Below, piece after piece: positions 40,010 to 51,475 of a stretch of 64,000 bases of DNA. A program made the position numbers and the translations under genes. Under the pieces are notes generated by a model. That model was not told the origin of the DNA. It saw only the letters and a program-made list of their open reading frames with translations, and ran no database searches. Every line of letters begins with the position of its first letter. The stretch's first letter is position 1. This DNA comes from Octopus sinensis (taxonomy: Eukaryota): positions 96,224,001 through 96,288,000 of the forward strand of contig NC_043000.1 in the NCBI RefSeq assembly GCF_006345805.1, read 5' to 3'.

Positions 40010-40810
40010 ATCAAGTTATAGTAAGCAAGAAAACAAACAGAACTCTACTCCCTTCAGGTAAATTGCCATGCTTGATATGTAAGAAAGGTGTGGGTAGGAA
40101 CTCTATACAGTGTACCCAGTGCAAGCTATGGACACATAAGAATCACAGGAAGGTTAATAGAGAAAGTATTGTTTGTATGTGGAAAGATGGATAGGAATCA
40201 TAAACACTAAGGATACACGGGAAATTGATTTTTCTCAAAAGCTCTAAAGGAAGTCAATAGTTTCTGTTACTTAGGTGACCTAATTAGCAGTGGAGGAGGG
40301 CATTCCAAAAGTATAGCTGCTAGAATAAGAACAAGCTGGAGCAAGTTCAGTGAGCTGTTACCTCTGTTGGTAACAAAAAGTCTCTCCTGATGAGTGAAAA
40401 GCAGATCGTATGATGCTTGTGTATGAACAACAATGCTACACAGTAGTGAGATGTGGATCCTGAATGCAGAGGACATAAGACTAGAGAGGAATGAAGTTAA
40501 TATGCTATGGTGGATGCGCAATAACAGTATGCATTTACCACTAAATGCTAATGTATTGAGAGAAAATTAGGCATAAGAGGAATCTGATATAGTATGCAAG
40601 AGAGAAGACAATGTTGGTTTGGCCATGTGATGTGTATGGATGAGAACAGCTACATAAAGTGCTGATCGCTTAAAGTGGTTGGAATTTCAGGAAAAAGGGG
40701 ACCCAGGAAGACATGGAAGGAACTAGTGAAGACTGATCTCAAGATACTGAGTCTTAAAGAAGAGACTGAGATGATTGACAGTTTGCTGTACTTGAGGAGA
40801 CCCATTCATT
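40010..40810 (+). mobile_element. Decayed RTE-clade LINE 3' fragment
   Basis: VNSFCYLGDLISSGGG...ARIRTSWSKFSELLPLL...MLHSSEMW...GKRGPRKTW; multiple stops. Confidence 0.8.
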
Positions 40811-42207
40811 ACAGCAAAAATTATATTCTAAAACAACCTTTGTTATGCTTGTACATGCAGGACCATGTACCTCCTTTCCCTATGTTCCATCAAACATTTC
40901 CCACATCTCATCCTCTAACAACCATCACTCCTCTATCTATGGTACTACTTGGCTGCTGTAATCACTTGAGAGCAGAATTAGCACGTATTAGCACATAATC
41001 CCCTCCCCACTTTCTTTTTAGTTTCAGTAACCTCCCCTCATTCCTGGAATCACTTCCGTTTTTCATTATCATCCTTGCCCACACTATTTCTACATATCAC
41101 CTTTCTGTGCCTTCAGCCAGTCCTCTCTCTCACTCTTCTCTGTCATACTCCTTCTTAACATCTTATCTTCTTTCATATGCAATGCCCTCTAATATCTGCT
41201 AACTCACCCCATTTACTAAAGCGCCCACCCAATGTACCTCTACATCTCCCTTCCTACTGCTTCTAAACCTTGCACATCATGTCACTACTTTCTGATCTAT
41301 TCTCCTTCCTGAGCCACTTCTGTATATCTCACCTGACCCCTCTCTATACTAGTATCTTCCATCAACCACACCTCCACCCTTGGTCATCACTCATTACATT
41401 CACCTCTACCCCCCCCCCCATCTCTAATCATCCATTATTCTCCTCTCACACCAGCAACTCCCACCAACCCTTATATAATATGTGTGGTAGATTTGCATTT
41501 GCTGCATAGAAAGACATCTGGGCTTGTCTCCCCATCATATTTTAGCCTTTCAATACATGGCATAGAACCACTGTCTCTTTTCCCTTCTCACAGATACTTC
41601 TCCCCCATTTAGTCAAAGAAGCTTCTTCATTTTTCCTTCATCTTGTTTTCTTCTTTCTTGTAAGTTACTTGGCAAGCTCACTATGGCTGGTGGCATGAAA
41701 AAAGCACCCAGTACACACTGTAAAGTTGTTGCTTTTAAAAAGGGCATCCAACCATAAAAAACATGCCAAAGCTGACACTGGAGCTTGATGTGACCCTGTG
41801 GATTACTGGGTCCTGTCAAACTGGCCAACTCATGCCAGCATTTTATCAAAGTCAAGAGAATGAAAGGTTAAATTGAACAAGGCAGAATTTGAACTCACAA
41901 TGTAAAGCCGCTAAGCATTTTGCCCAGTGTGCTAATGATTCTGCCAGTTCCTCACAACAACAACAACAATAATAATAATTACAACAGTAACAACAAATTC
42001 AAATTTTGACACAAGACCAGTAAGTTCTGGGGAAGGGGTAAGCCAATTACATCAACCCCAATGTTCAACTGGTGCTTATTTTATTGATCCCACAAGCCAT
42101 TCTCGACAGAATTTGAACTCAGAATGTAGAGATGGATGAAATGTCACTAAGCATTTGGCCCAGTGTGCTAACACTTCTGCCAACTTGCTGCTTTAAATAA
42201 TAATAAA

Positions 42208-42722
42208 AAATGCCCTGATACAGTACCAGGCAGTGGCTCTCATGGCTTCTCATCTTAACTGATTGGCAGTGTTATCATGTACATTGTTTTGTCTTGGTAT
42301 AAAAGATGGGCTACAGCAAATATTCTGCTCAATACCACAGATTTGCTTGTCAGTTGTTTAACCATAACCAGTTGAGCATATCCTTTGGTGGCTGACAATA
42401 TGTGCATCTCTGATCACAAACAGAAGTAGTGGGGGAGCATCATAGCCATATGTTGAGTGGAATTCTTTTGGGGTTTGGATAAATCAACTCTGGAAACATG
42501 GGTGTTTTGTCCAACATCCTTAAACAACCCTTATTCAGGGACCTTTTCAGTGGGATGGGCTAATTGATCTGAAGAAAATTCTAACTGGGCCCCACCTGCA
42601 AGGTCATGTGCTGTTTATTTTGATATGAGATCATGTCATGCACATATGGTTGTGATGCATGTGTACCCTTATCAGAGGGGTAGTCATGATGAGTATATTG
42701 GGCATGCACTGCTCTTTCACAC
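42208..42722. mobile_element. About 520-bp (TAA)n-flanked non-autonomous repeat, copy 1
   Basis: High identity to 45592-46150; both copies are bounded by TAA repeats. Confidence 0.7.
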
Positions 42723-42829
42723 AATAATAATAATAATAATAATAATAATGGTTTCAAGTTTTGGCGCAAGGCCAACAAGTTCAAGGAAAGTGTAAATTGA
42801 TTACATCAACAGTATTGTTAAACTAATAA

Positions 42830-42865
<36 letters not shown>

Positions 42866-43061
42866 GCATTATTAATAAGTATTATTAAGCATTCACGAGT
42901 ACAACACTAAGTACAAAACCAAATATATGGCACCCTAGGCATAACACCAACATGAACTTCTAACTTGTTGTCTCTTGAGGTCTCTGGGTGAGACTTGGAG
43001 CCAACTTGTACAAATGTAAAGCAAAAGTCAAACAGATAATAATAATAATAATAATACTTAC

Positions 43062-43197
43062 TGATTTTATATCTAATTGTAACTGCTCAAACTTAATTGG
43101 TTCCTTGATCTTTTCACGTAGTTTACGAGGAGCATCAACGTCAACTCCAGTTTCTTCTGAAACATCACTACTTGAGCTGGCACATTCTGAACATTGC
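43062..43197 (-). CDS. PHF14: PHF14 exon (PHD3 end)
   Basis: 136 nt; QCSECASSSSDVSEETGVDVDAPRKLREKIKEPIKFEQLQLDIKS. Confidence 0.92.
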
Positions 43198-44134
43198 CTG
43201 ATTAGGGAGACACACACACATACAAAAAGTAAAATGAAATGAAAGTTCATGGGAAGAAAGACTAACAAAATAAATAACTCTGCAAAATTTTTTTAAAATT
43301 CTTTCTACTGTAAGCAAAAAGCATGATACTTTGGAGTAGGGATGATAGTGGGTTACATTGACTCCAGTGTTCAACTGGTACTGATTTAATTGACCCTGAG
43401 AGGATGAAAATGCAAAGTCAACCTGGATGGAATTTGAACTCAGAATGTAAAAACAGATAAAATGCCACTAAGCATTTTGTTTGGCATGCTAATGATTGTG
43501 CCAGCTTGCTGCTTTAATTAATTACTCTTTTACTTGTTTCAGTCATTTGACTGCAGCCATGCTGGAGCACCACCTTTAGTCAAGCAAATCGCCCCCAGGA
43601 CTTATTCTTTGGAAGCCTAGTACTTATTCTATTGGTCTTTTTTGCCGAACCGCTAAGTTACAGGGATGTAAACACACCACCATTGGTTGTCAAGTAATGT
43701 TGGGGGGACAAACACAGACACACAAACATATATATATACACACACATATATATGACAGGCTTCTTTCCGTTTCTGCCCTACCAAATCCACTCACAAGGCT
43801 TTGGTTGGCCCGAGGCTATAGTAGAAGACACTTGCCCAAGGTGCCACGCAGTGGGATAACAATGATAAAGTCATAATATTTCTTTTGGCACAAAGCCAGC
43901 AATTTTGATGGGGTGGGGATAATTTGATTACATAAACAAGAGTACTTAAAAGATACTTTATTTTATTGACCCCTAAAGGATGAAAAGTAAAGTTGACCGT
44001 GGTGACATTTGAACTCAGAATGTAACAAGCCGGAAATGTTGCTAAGTATTTTGTCTGGTGTGCAAATGATTCTGCCAGCATACCATCTTAGCAGCGGCAG
44101 CAGCGATGATGACTACTAAGAGGGAATATATTCA

Positions 44135-44700
44135 CAGACACAACTGAGTTGGGACCTACACACACTGGAAGCTATGCCAACACTATGGAATAACAACAGA
44201 AAAAAGATGGTATAAGCATACGCCAGAAAAGGTCACAAAAAATGAGAAAGCAAGAATACTATGAGATATGCCAATACATACAGATAGAGAAATTGAGGCC
44301 AATGAAGAAAAAAATGCTTTCTAATTGATGTATCAATACCAACAGATGACAACATTTCTCTAAAAGAAATGGAGAAACTTTCAAAATACAAAGACCTGGA
44401 AATAGAGGTAACTTGAATGTGGAGTCTAAAAACAGAAACAATTCCTATCACAGTGGGTGTATTAGTATGATAAAAAAATACCGAGACAATTACATAACAA
44501 AAACACTAGGACTAACAAGTATATATAACATACAGAAAATTGCACTACTAGGCACTGCACACATCCTATGTAAAACGCTTTCAATACAGTAACCATAAGA
44601 GCATCACAGCAAACCACAGCACACAGAGCTGCATTCAGTAGTGCATTGAAAGCACGTTATAAAAATAAGACTACTGACTAATAATAATAATGATAATAAT
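44135..44700 (+). mobile_element. R4/Dong-like non-LTR retrotransposon 3' fragment (restriction-like endonuclease domain)
   Basis: KCFLIDVSIPTDDNISLKEMEKLSKYKDLEIEVT*MWSLKTETIPITVGVL at about 44310-44464; ends in (TAA)n. Confidence 0.75.
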
Positions 44701-44705
44701 AATAA

Positions 44706-45565
44706 TCCTTTCTGCTATAGGCATGAAATTTTGTGGAAGGGAGTTAGCTGATTACACTGACCCCAGTGCTCAACTGGTACTTATTTTATTGACCCCAAAA
44801 AGATGAAAAGCAAAGGTGACCTCAGCGGAATTTGAACTCAGAATGTTAAAACAGACAAAATACTTCAAAGCATTTTGCCCAGCATGCTAACAATTCTGCC
44901 TGCTCGCTGCCTTAACATTAATAATAATAATAATAATATTAATAATAAGGATTTCTTTAATCAAAATTTTGGTACAAGGTCAGTAAATTTTAGGGGAAAG
45001 GTTACTTGATATCACTGGCCCCAGTATTTGATTGGTTTTGTAGAATTTGAACTTAGGTGGTTAAAAGAGTCAGAAGAAATGCTGCTGAGGATTTTCTCCA
45101 ACATACTAATGACTCAACCAGCTTGCTGCCTTAATAATAATAATAAGTCTTTCTAATTTTAGCACAAGGCCAGCAATTTTAAGAGGTGGGGGAAGTCATC
45201 TATATTGACCCTAGTACATGATTGGTACTTGTTTTATCAATTCCCAAAAGCATGAATGGCAAAGTTGAATTTGAACTCAGAATGTAATGAGTCAGGAAAA
45301 ATACTCCCAAGCGTTCTGTCTGATTGCTGCCTTAATGATAGTAATAATCATTTCTATTATATGCACAAGGCCTGAAATGTTTGAAAGGAAGTGGGGAGAT
45401 AATTACATGAACCTCAGTGCTCAACTGGTACTTATTTTACCAACCCCGAAAGGATGAATGACAAAGTTGACCTTGGTGATATTTGAACTCAGAATGTAAA
45501 GCTGAAGGTAATGTTGCTAAGCATTTTGTTCAGTGTGTTATTGATTTTGCCAGCTTGCTGTCTTA
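44706..45565 (-). mobile_element. Head-to-tail array of four tRNA-derived SINE copies (about 200 bp each)
   Basis: Copies at about 44706-44914, 44950-45133, 45146-45334 and 45348-45565, each with a B-box-like gagttcaaattc on the minus strand and separated by (TAA)n; same family at about 20744-20955(+), 25533-25735, 30700-30880, 41995-42195, 43300-43515, 43875-44090 and 61935-62140(+). Confidence 0.75.
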
Positions 45566-45591
45566 GTAATAATAATAATAATAATAATAAT

Positions 45592-46150
45592 AAATGCCCT
45601 GATACAATACTAGACAGTGGCTCTTGTGGCTTCTGATCTTAATTGATTGGAAGTGTTATCATGTACATTGTTTTGTCTTGGTATAAAAGATGGGCTACAG
45701 CAAATATTCTGCTCAATACCACAGATTTGCTTGTCAGTTGATTGACCGTAACTAGTTGACTATGTCTCTTAGTGGCTGACGATATGTGCATTTCTGATCA
45801 TGAGCAGAAGTAGTGGGGGAGCATCATAGCCATGTGTTAAGAGGGATTCTTTGGGGTTTGAATAATTCACCTCTGGAAACATGGGTGTTTCATTCAACAT
45901 CCTTAAACAACCTTTATTCAGGGACCTTTTCAGCGGGATGGGCTACTCAACCAGAAGAAAATTCTAACTGGGCCCCACCTACAAGGCCATGTGCTGTTTA
46001 TCTTGATAATGAGATCACCATGTCGCGCACATATGGTTGTGATGCATGTGCCTAGTGTACCCTTATCAGACGGGCAGTCATGATGGGTATACTGGGCTTC
46101 GTATATTTTACCCCAGTGTCACTTTGATGGCATGCACTGCTCTCTCACAC
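45592..46150. mobile_element. About 560-bp (TAA)n-flanked non-autonomous repeat, copy 2
   Basis: High identity to 42208-42722. Confidence 0.7.
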
Positions 46151-47604
46151 TATAATAATAATAATGATGATGATGATGATGATGATGATAATAAATAATA
46201 ATGATAATAAGAATAATCATATTCCATTCTACAAAAGACATAAGGCTTGAAAAGGAGATAGCTAAATAACTCAAAGCTTTTATACTGCGAGTCCATCACT
46301 TTTGTCAATCCAATGGACTACAAAAACAACAACAATAGTTTTAACAATCTCTTGTGATATGGAAAACATTTAGAAGCTGAAAGATAATGCTGTAATTAAA
46401 CACATGAATTTAATATTAATAATGAAAAATAAAAAAATGAAAAAATTGAAATTGAAATAATTTTAAATTTTACATTATATAAAAGATAAAGCTGAAATAT
46501 AAAATACTTGAGGTTTCATTAAAAATTCAGCCCCTATGTAAATTTCTTTGAGATATAACAAGACATATTCAATCATAAATTACCAAGTCTAAACATTGAT
46601 GAGTTCTAATAAAACCAAAATCAGGTCCAGAATTAATAAGTCCCACATTAATACTACCTCCATTGCGAATATTTATTTTTTAACAAGCCTACTGGCCACA
46701 TGTGACATCAGTGACTGAAAATTCAGAGTTATTCTATATATCATTAACAGTGAGGTTTAGCTAGTATAAAGTGAGTGGACACCTGTCACTGAGGGAATGC
46801 AGTATGTTGAAATCATGTGATCTAGCTTTTTCAGTGTCCATGCCAGATGGTTCTCATCTGTTAATATTATATGTCTGTATCTTTAAGCATTGCATCTGTA
46901 TGCAGTATTTGGCATTCTAATAATACACCTACATTAAATAAGATACATAGATTGTCATTCAGTATTAATACTGCTTCCATCACCAATATTCATTTTATGT
47001 CCAGAATTGTCTCCCTTATTAAAATACTACTATCATTTAATAAACTAAATTATATATATTATGTTACATTATTAGATAAGGGACTAGCAATTAGGAACAG
47101 ATTGAAGCTATGCAAGTAGCAACTTTTGCAACAAAGGAAATTCACATCACCTACACCACCCCACTCAAATCCTAAACTAAAGATGTGAACTTATTCCGAC
47201 TTGCCGACATCAAATGCTCAAATTATTTCACGTTTCAAAGATGACCCTCTTGATGCACAATAAATGAGAGCTAACTTCAATAATTATGTGAAAAGCACCA
47301 TTCAAGTGTGATCGTTGCCAGCATTGCCTTACCAGCATATGTGCCAGTGGCACCGGACTGGCTCCCGTGCAGGTAGCATGTAAAAACACCTTTTGAGTGT
47401 AGTTGTTGCCAGAACTGCCTGACTAGCCCTTGTGCCGGTGGCATGTAAAAAGCACTCACTACACTCTCAGAGTGTTTGGCGTTAGGAAGGACATCCAGCT
47501 GTAGAAACTTTGCCAGATCAGATTGAGCCTGGTGCAGCTTCTGGCTTGTGTCCTCAGTCAAATCGTCCAACGCATGCCAACTTGGAAAGCAGACGTTAAA
47601 TGAT

Positions 47605-47859
47605 GCATCCAGAGACTAGTTTCTGAGTCTTTGCTCATCATCAGTCTGGAGTAGCATGGCCTGCTAGTTGGAGACGCCTATCTAGCTTTTGTAAACATAT
47701 AAGGCTTAGCTGGGTGGAGGTGCTTATCTCCCCCTTGTAAACATAAGGACACAGGAAATGTGTCAAGGCCAACAGGAAGCGTTGCTGTTTCCTAGGGCTA
47801 AATAGCAGTAGTATGATTCCCTTCATGGGACTGTCACATTAAGTTGACAGTATATAACT

Positions 47860-47862
<3 letters not shown>
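47605..47862 (-). mobile_element. Penelope-like element terminal-repeat fragment abutting (TA)n
   Basis: GC-richer block ending in a minimal hammerhead, next to (TA)n at 47865-47897. Confidence 0.55.
47608..47650 (-). ncRNA. Minimal type I hammerhead ribozyme, intact core, GUC cleavage triplet
   Basis: Minus strand: tccaga CTGATGA tgag-caaaga-ctca GAAA c-ta-g TC tctgga; 6-bp stem I, 4-bp stem II, palindromic ACTAGT stem III. Confidence 0.8.
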
Positions 47863-47898
<36 letters not shown>

Positions 47899-47900
<2 letters not shown>

Positions 47901-48125
47901 CGGAGATGTACTTGCATAGCTAGTGATTTGATCTGAGATCGTGTGCTGGAATGTGTGCTGCATCTCTGAGATGCAGCACAGATTTTTGTCAGTAAACAGG
48001 TCGCGGTCTTATAGCGATGAAAATATTTTGACAAATTAAACTTAAATGTTGAAGTGAATCGAACGGCTTTTGTATGTTTCTTAAATGGCTTACAAACACC
48101 TTCCACGCTGCAATTGTTATTTATA
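47899..48125 (+). mobile_element. Penelope-like element fragment between TA-rich tracts
   Basis: Variant hammerhead motif and a 27-nt palindrome tgtgctgcatctc-t-gagatgcagcaca (47954-47980). Confidence 0.45.
47985..48035 (+). ncRNA. Variant minimal hammerhead motif (G3-C8 core, G5A; probably inactive copy)
   Basis: tttgtca GTAAACA g gtcgc-ggtcttata-gcgat GAAA atat TT tgacaaa; 7-bp stem I, 5-bp stem II, palindromic AAAATATTTT. Confidence 0.55.
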
Positions 48126-49837
48126 TTTATATTTATATATATATATGCAAAGGTGTGATCGCTGCCAGTGTTGCCGTACCAGCATATGTGCCAGTGGTAT
48201 CGGACTGGCTCCCGTGCAGGTAGCATGTAAAAACACCTTTTGAGTGTGGTCGTTGCCAAAACCGCCTGACTAGCCTTTGTGCCAATGGCATGTAAAAAGC
48301 ACTCACTACACTCTCAGAGTGTTTTGCTACTAGCTGGCGTATACAGGTGCTTACACTTATCAAGTATTCAACCTAAATTTACTGTACCTATATATATGCA
48401 AAGATAGGTTGGAGAAATAAATCAGGGTGATGACTGATATATATATGAACAACATAGATAATTACAGATATATCAAATACCATACAACATAAATTCTTGA
48501 TGAATTACAATTATCTCTTTCTCTACCGTATGGCAATTGAGACCAGGTCCATATGACAAAAGGCAATGATCTCAAGAATCAAGATTTCTCCCAAACTGAC
48601 ACATCATTAAAAGGACACACAGCCAGGAATGTGTGCATGCATGCATGTGGGCAGACCAACATAACATTACCCCTAATTGAAAGGTGGGACAGAACAAAGT
48701 GAAATGAGATGTGAAATGAAGAGTACAATGCATTGTCCAACCTGGAAACTGAACCCACAATCTAATGATCATGAATGCAACAGCCTAACTATTAGCCCAT
48801 GCGCCTTCATACATACACACATGTATACATGTGTATATAAGTATGTGTGTGTGTGTGAATATATACACTTCCAGTCTTTGAGGATATCAGATCATCAATA
48901 AGGGTAAACCATGTAATAACGAATCTACAGTCAAAATTTCCAAATGCTATTTCTTTTTCCCACTGAAATTCTAGTTTCTAGTGTACTTGTGTATAATGAC
49001 AATGAAAAGAATAGAGACAGATTAAGACTTAATCCTCATGCCATCCAAACCTCCTAGAAAAGGAAAAAAAAAAAAAATTGTAGTGGTAATGGTGGTGATG
49101 ATCTAATTAATGACTGTCACTGAAAAATGAGTACAATGTGTTCGGCACGTTCTTGTAAGAGAAAGTGAACTAATTCTGTATGGAAACCTCTCCCAGAGTA
49201 GTTGCAGGGTAGCTAGCTGCCTTATGGATGGATTGAACTGTATAACTTTATAGTGTTGTTCTGTCTCTTTTTGATTTTTTTCCCCCGACATGTTTGTCAA
49301 TTTTTGTGGAAATCCTTCCATGACGTTCCCATCTGCAATATCTTAAATTGTTAGTTTATTAACAATTTGTAAAAAAAATAAAGTAATAGTAGTAGTAGAA
49401 GTAGTAGTTAGTAGAAATATCACTGAAACTAAGCAAAAGTATTGATTGGTTTCACTAATGGAACTTATTAAATAACTTTGAAATATGAAAAGGAAAAAAG
49501 AAAAAAAAAAAAAAAAAAAAAAACCAATAAAAAAACAAACAAAACGCACTTAAAACACTCAGTACATGCAAAATAAATAAATGTATTAAAAAGTAAACAA
49601 AAACAAACAACAAAGCAAAAAATAAAAAGCCCAGAACATTCACCCAGCCCTCTCCTGAAACTCTGCCACAAGCAAGCCAGTATACAGTAAACAGCTTGGC
49701 AACCTCATATTGCCTGGTATGTTTTATATATGTCAAAGAACTATGTGTGTATTTATGTAAGTCAAGGAAATGATCAACCGATAACATGCTCAGCAGGGAT
49801 GATCTCAGAATAAAAATGCTGCCAAAATATCTATCTT

Positions 49838-50210
49838 TTATGTTTACTTTGTTTCAGTCATTTGACTGCGGCCATGCTGGGGCACTGTCTTGAGGAATTT
49901 TTCATCGAATGAATCGACCCCAGCACTTACATTTTTAGAGCTTGGTACTTATTCAATAGGTCTTTTTTGACAAACTGCTAAGTTACAGGGACGTAAACAC
50001 ACCAACACTGGTGGTGGCAAGGGAAAAACATACACACACACACGATGGGCTTCTTTCAGTTTCTGTCTACCAAATCCACTCACAAGGCTTTGGTTGGCCT
50101 GAGGCTAGGTCTATAGTAAAAGACCCTTGTCCAAGGTGCCATGCTGTGGGACTGAACCCAAGACCATATGGTTGGGAAGCAAACTTCTTACCACATAGCC
50201 ATGCCTGCAC
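49838..50210 (-). mobile_element. tRNA-derived SINE, representative of the most abundant family
   Basis: Head ggcatggctatgtggtaagaagtttgcttcccaaccatatggtcttgggttcagtccc (A/B-box-like) and core ccaaagccttgtgagtggatttggtagacagaaactgaaagaagc; related copies at about 4200-4590, 6925-7220, 11815-12160, 21470-21880, 22035-22447, 30250-30642, 32365-32710, 33435-33690, 36745-37110, 43525-43855, 51805-52190 and 54930-55302. Confidence 0.75.
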
Positions 50211-51343
50211 CTATATTTATATGTATAATATTTTATCTATCTTATCCAATAGAATTCTAAACAAAATCCAGAAACAGTTATAAACAATCTGTTTATTTTA
50301 GTAAGTTTTCAGTCTTTTATAATAAAATTTTCTTTCTGTGTTTTCTGCTTTTAATAAAACAACTACCTCGAACTTGTAATATAATCTCTTATTACACATT
50401 GCTCCAGTTAAATATTTTCTTATCACTATCTGTAGCTATTATATCTATATTTCTAGATCATATAGGTAGTCCCTCACCAGCTAAGTGCTTTCACTTCAGA
50501 ACTCCTGGCTCACATATTTTCAATCAACAGCTTAAATCTTTCTTAGAATATATCAATTTAAAGTATGCCCCTTTTCCTTTCAGCCAATACATAAAAAAAA
50601 AACTAACCAAATGATAAAAGAAAGTAAATAAGTATTAACTAAACCTATTATAAATATTGGCCCGCATATAAGAAAATGTATAGTTTTCACCAAAACTTTT
50701 ATAAGCAGAAAATGACTCCTGAGAAATGCAAACAAAATCCATTTTATTATGAATTGCTCTGGGATAAGGATGAAGTTTGATTAAATTTATTTTTTTAAAT
50801 ATCTTTTTTTTTATTCCTTTGAAGTTACTTTTAACAATCATTTTGTTAAGTTGTTACTGAATTTGAAACCTGAGAAATTCTATAAGAGCCCAAATTTTAA
50901 ACTTATTTTCCCCTTAAATCTTTAGCATTTAAACCAGTCATATGTTATGTGTTCAAAGTGGCCAGATCAGGCCTCTTGCACCTACCTTACAATGTCATTC
51001 TAAAAACATCATCAAAATCTTGAAGCTACGAGATAATGCATAATTAATTCAAAACAATGTGAATAAATAAGCATTACATTTAACAGAGTAATCTGAATGC
51101 TAGAGGGTTAATAGAGCATGTAAGATGAAATCTACCCCAAAGATCTATTCACTGTAAAAGAAAATTTTAATGTCCATAATAACTTCATTCCATTTCAGTG
51201 CTTATACCATACAAAAACATAAATTTATTCATTTAGCAGCCTTGAAGTGAGTGAATAGTAGAAACGGTAAAATCTTGACATTTCTAGTTTGGTTGCTTTC
51301 TAGATAAAAATCAGTTTTAGTAAGGGAGTTGCCGGTTACTTAC

Positions 51344-51475
51344 CAGCCTTGTAGCTTGGTTTTCTTGGGCATACGTGAGAGCGGTGGATCAAGACAGCCA
51401 AGATGGTAGTGTTTGCTACATGAATCACATTTGGCCAACAGATGTTGGTTTGTTGATTTCTTACAGATTCCACAA
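51344..51475 (-). CDS. PHF14: PHF14 exon (PHD finger 3, N-terminal part)
   Basis: 132 nt; CGICKKSTNQHLLAKCDSCSKHYHLGCLDPPLSRMPKKTKLQG(W), C4HC3 pattern. Confidence 0.95.

Noticed and set aside
44706-45565. Regularly spaced repeats superficially like a CRISPR array or satellite
   Set aside because: Units are diverged 200-bp SINE copies also dispersed elsewhere; eukaryotic context and no cas genes
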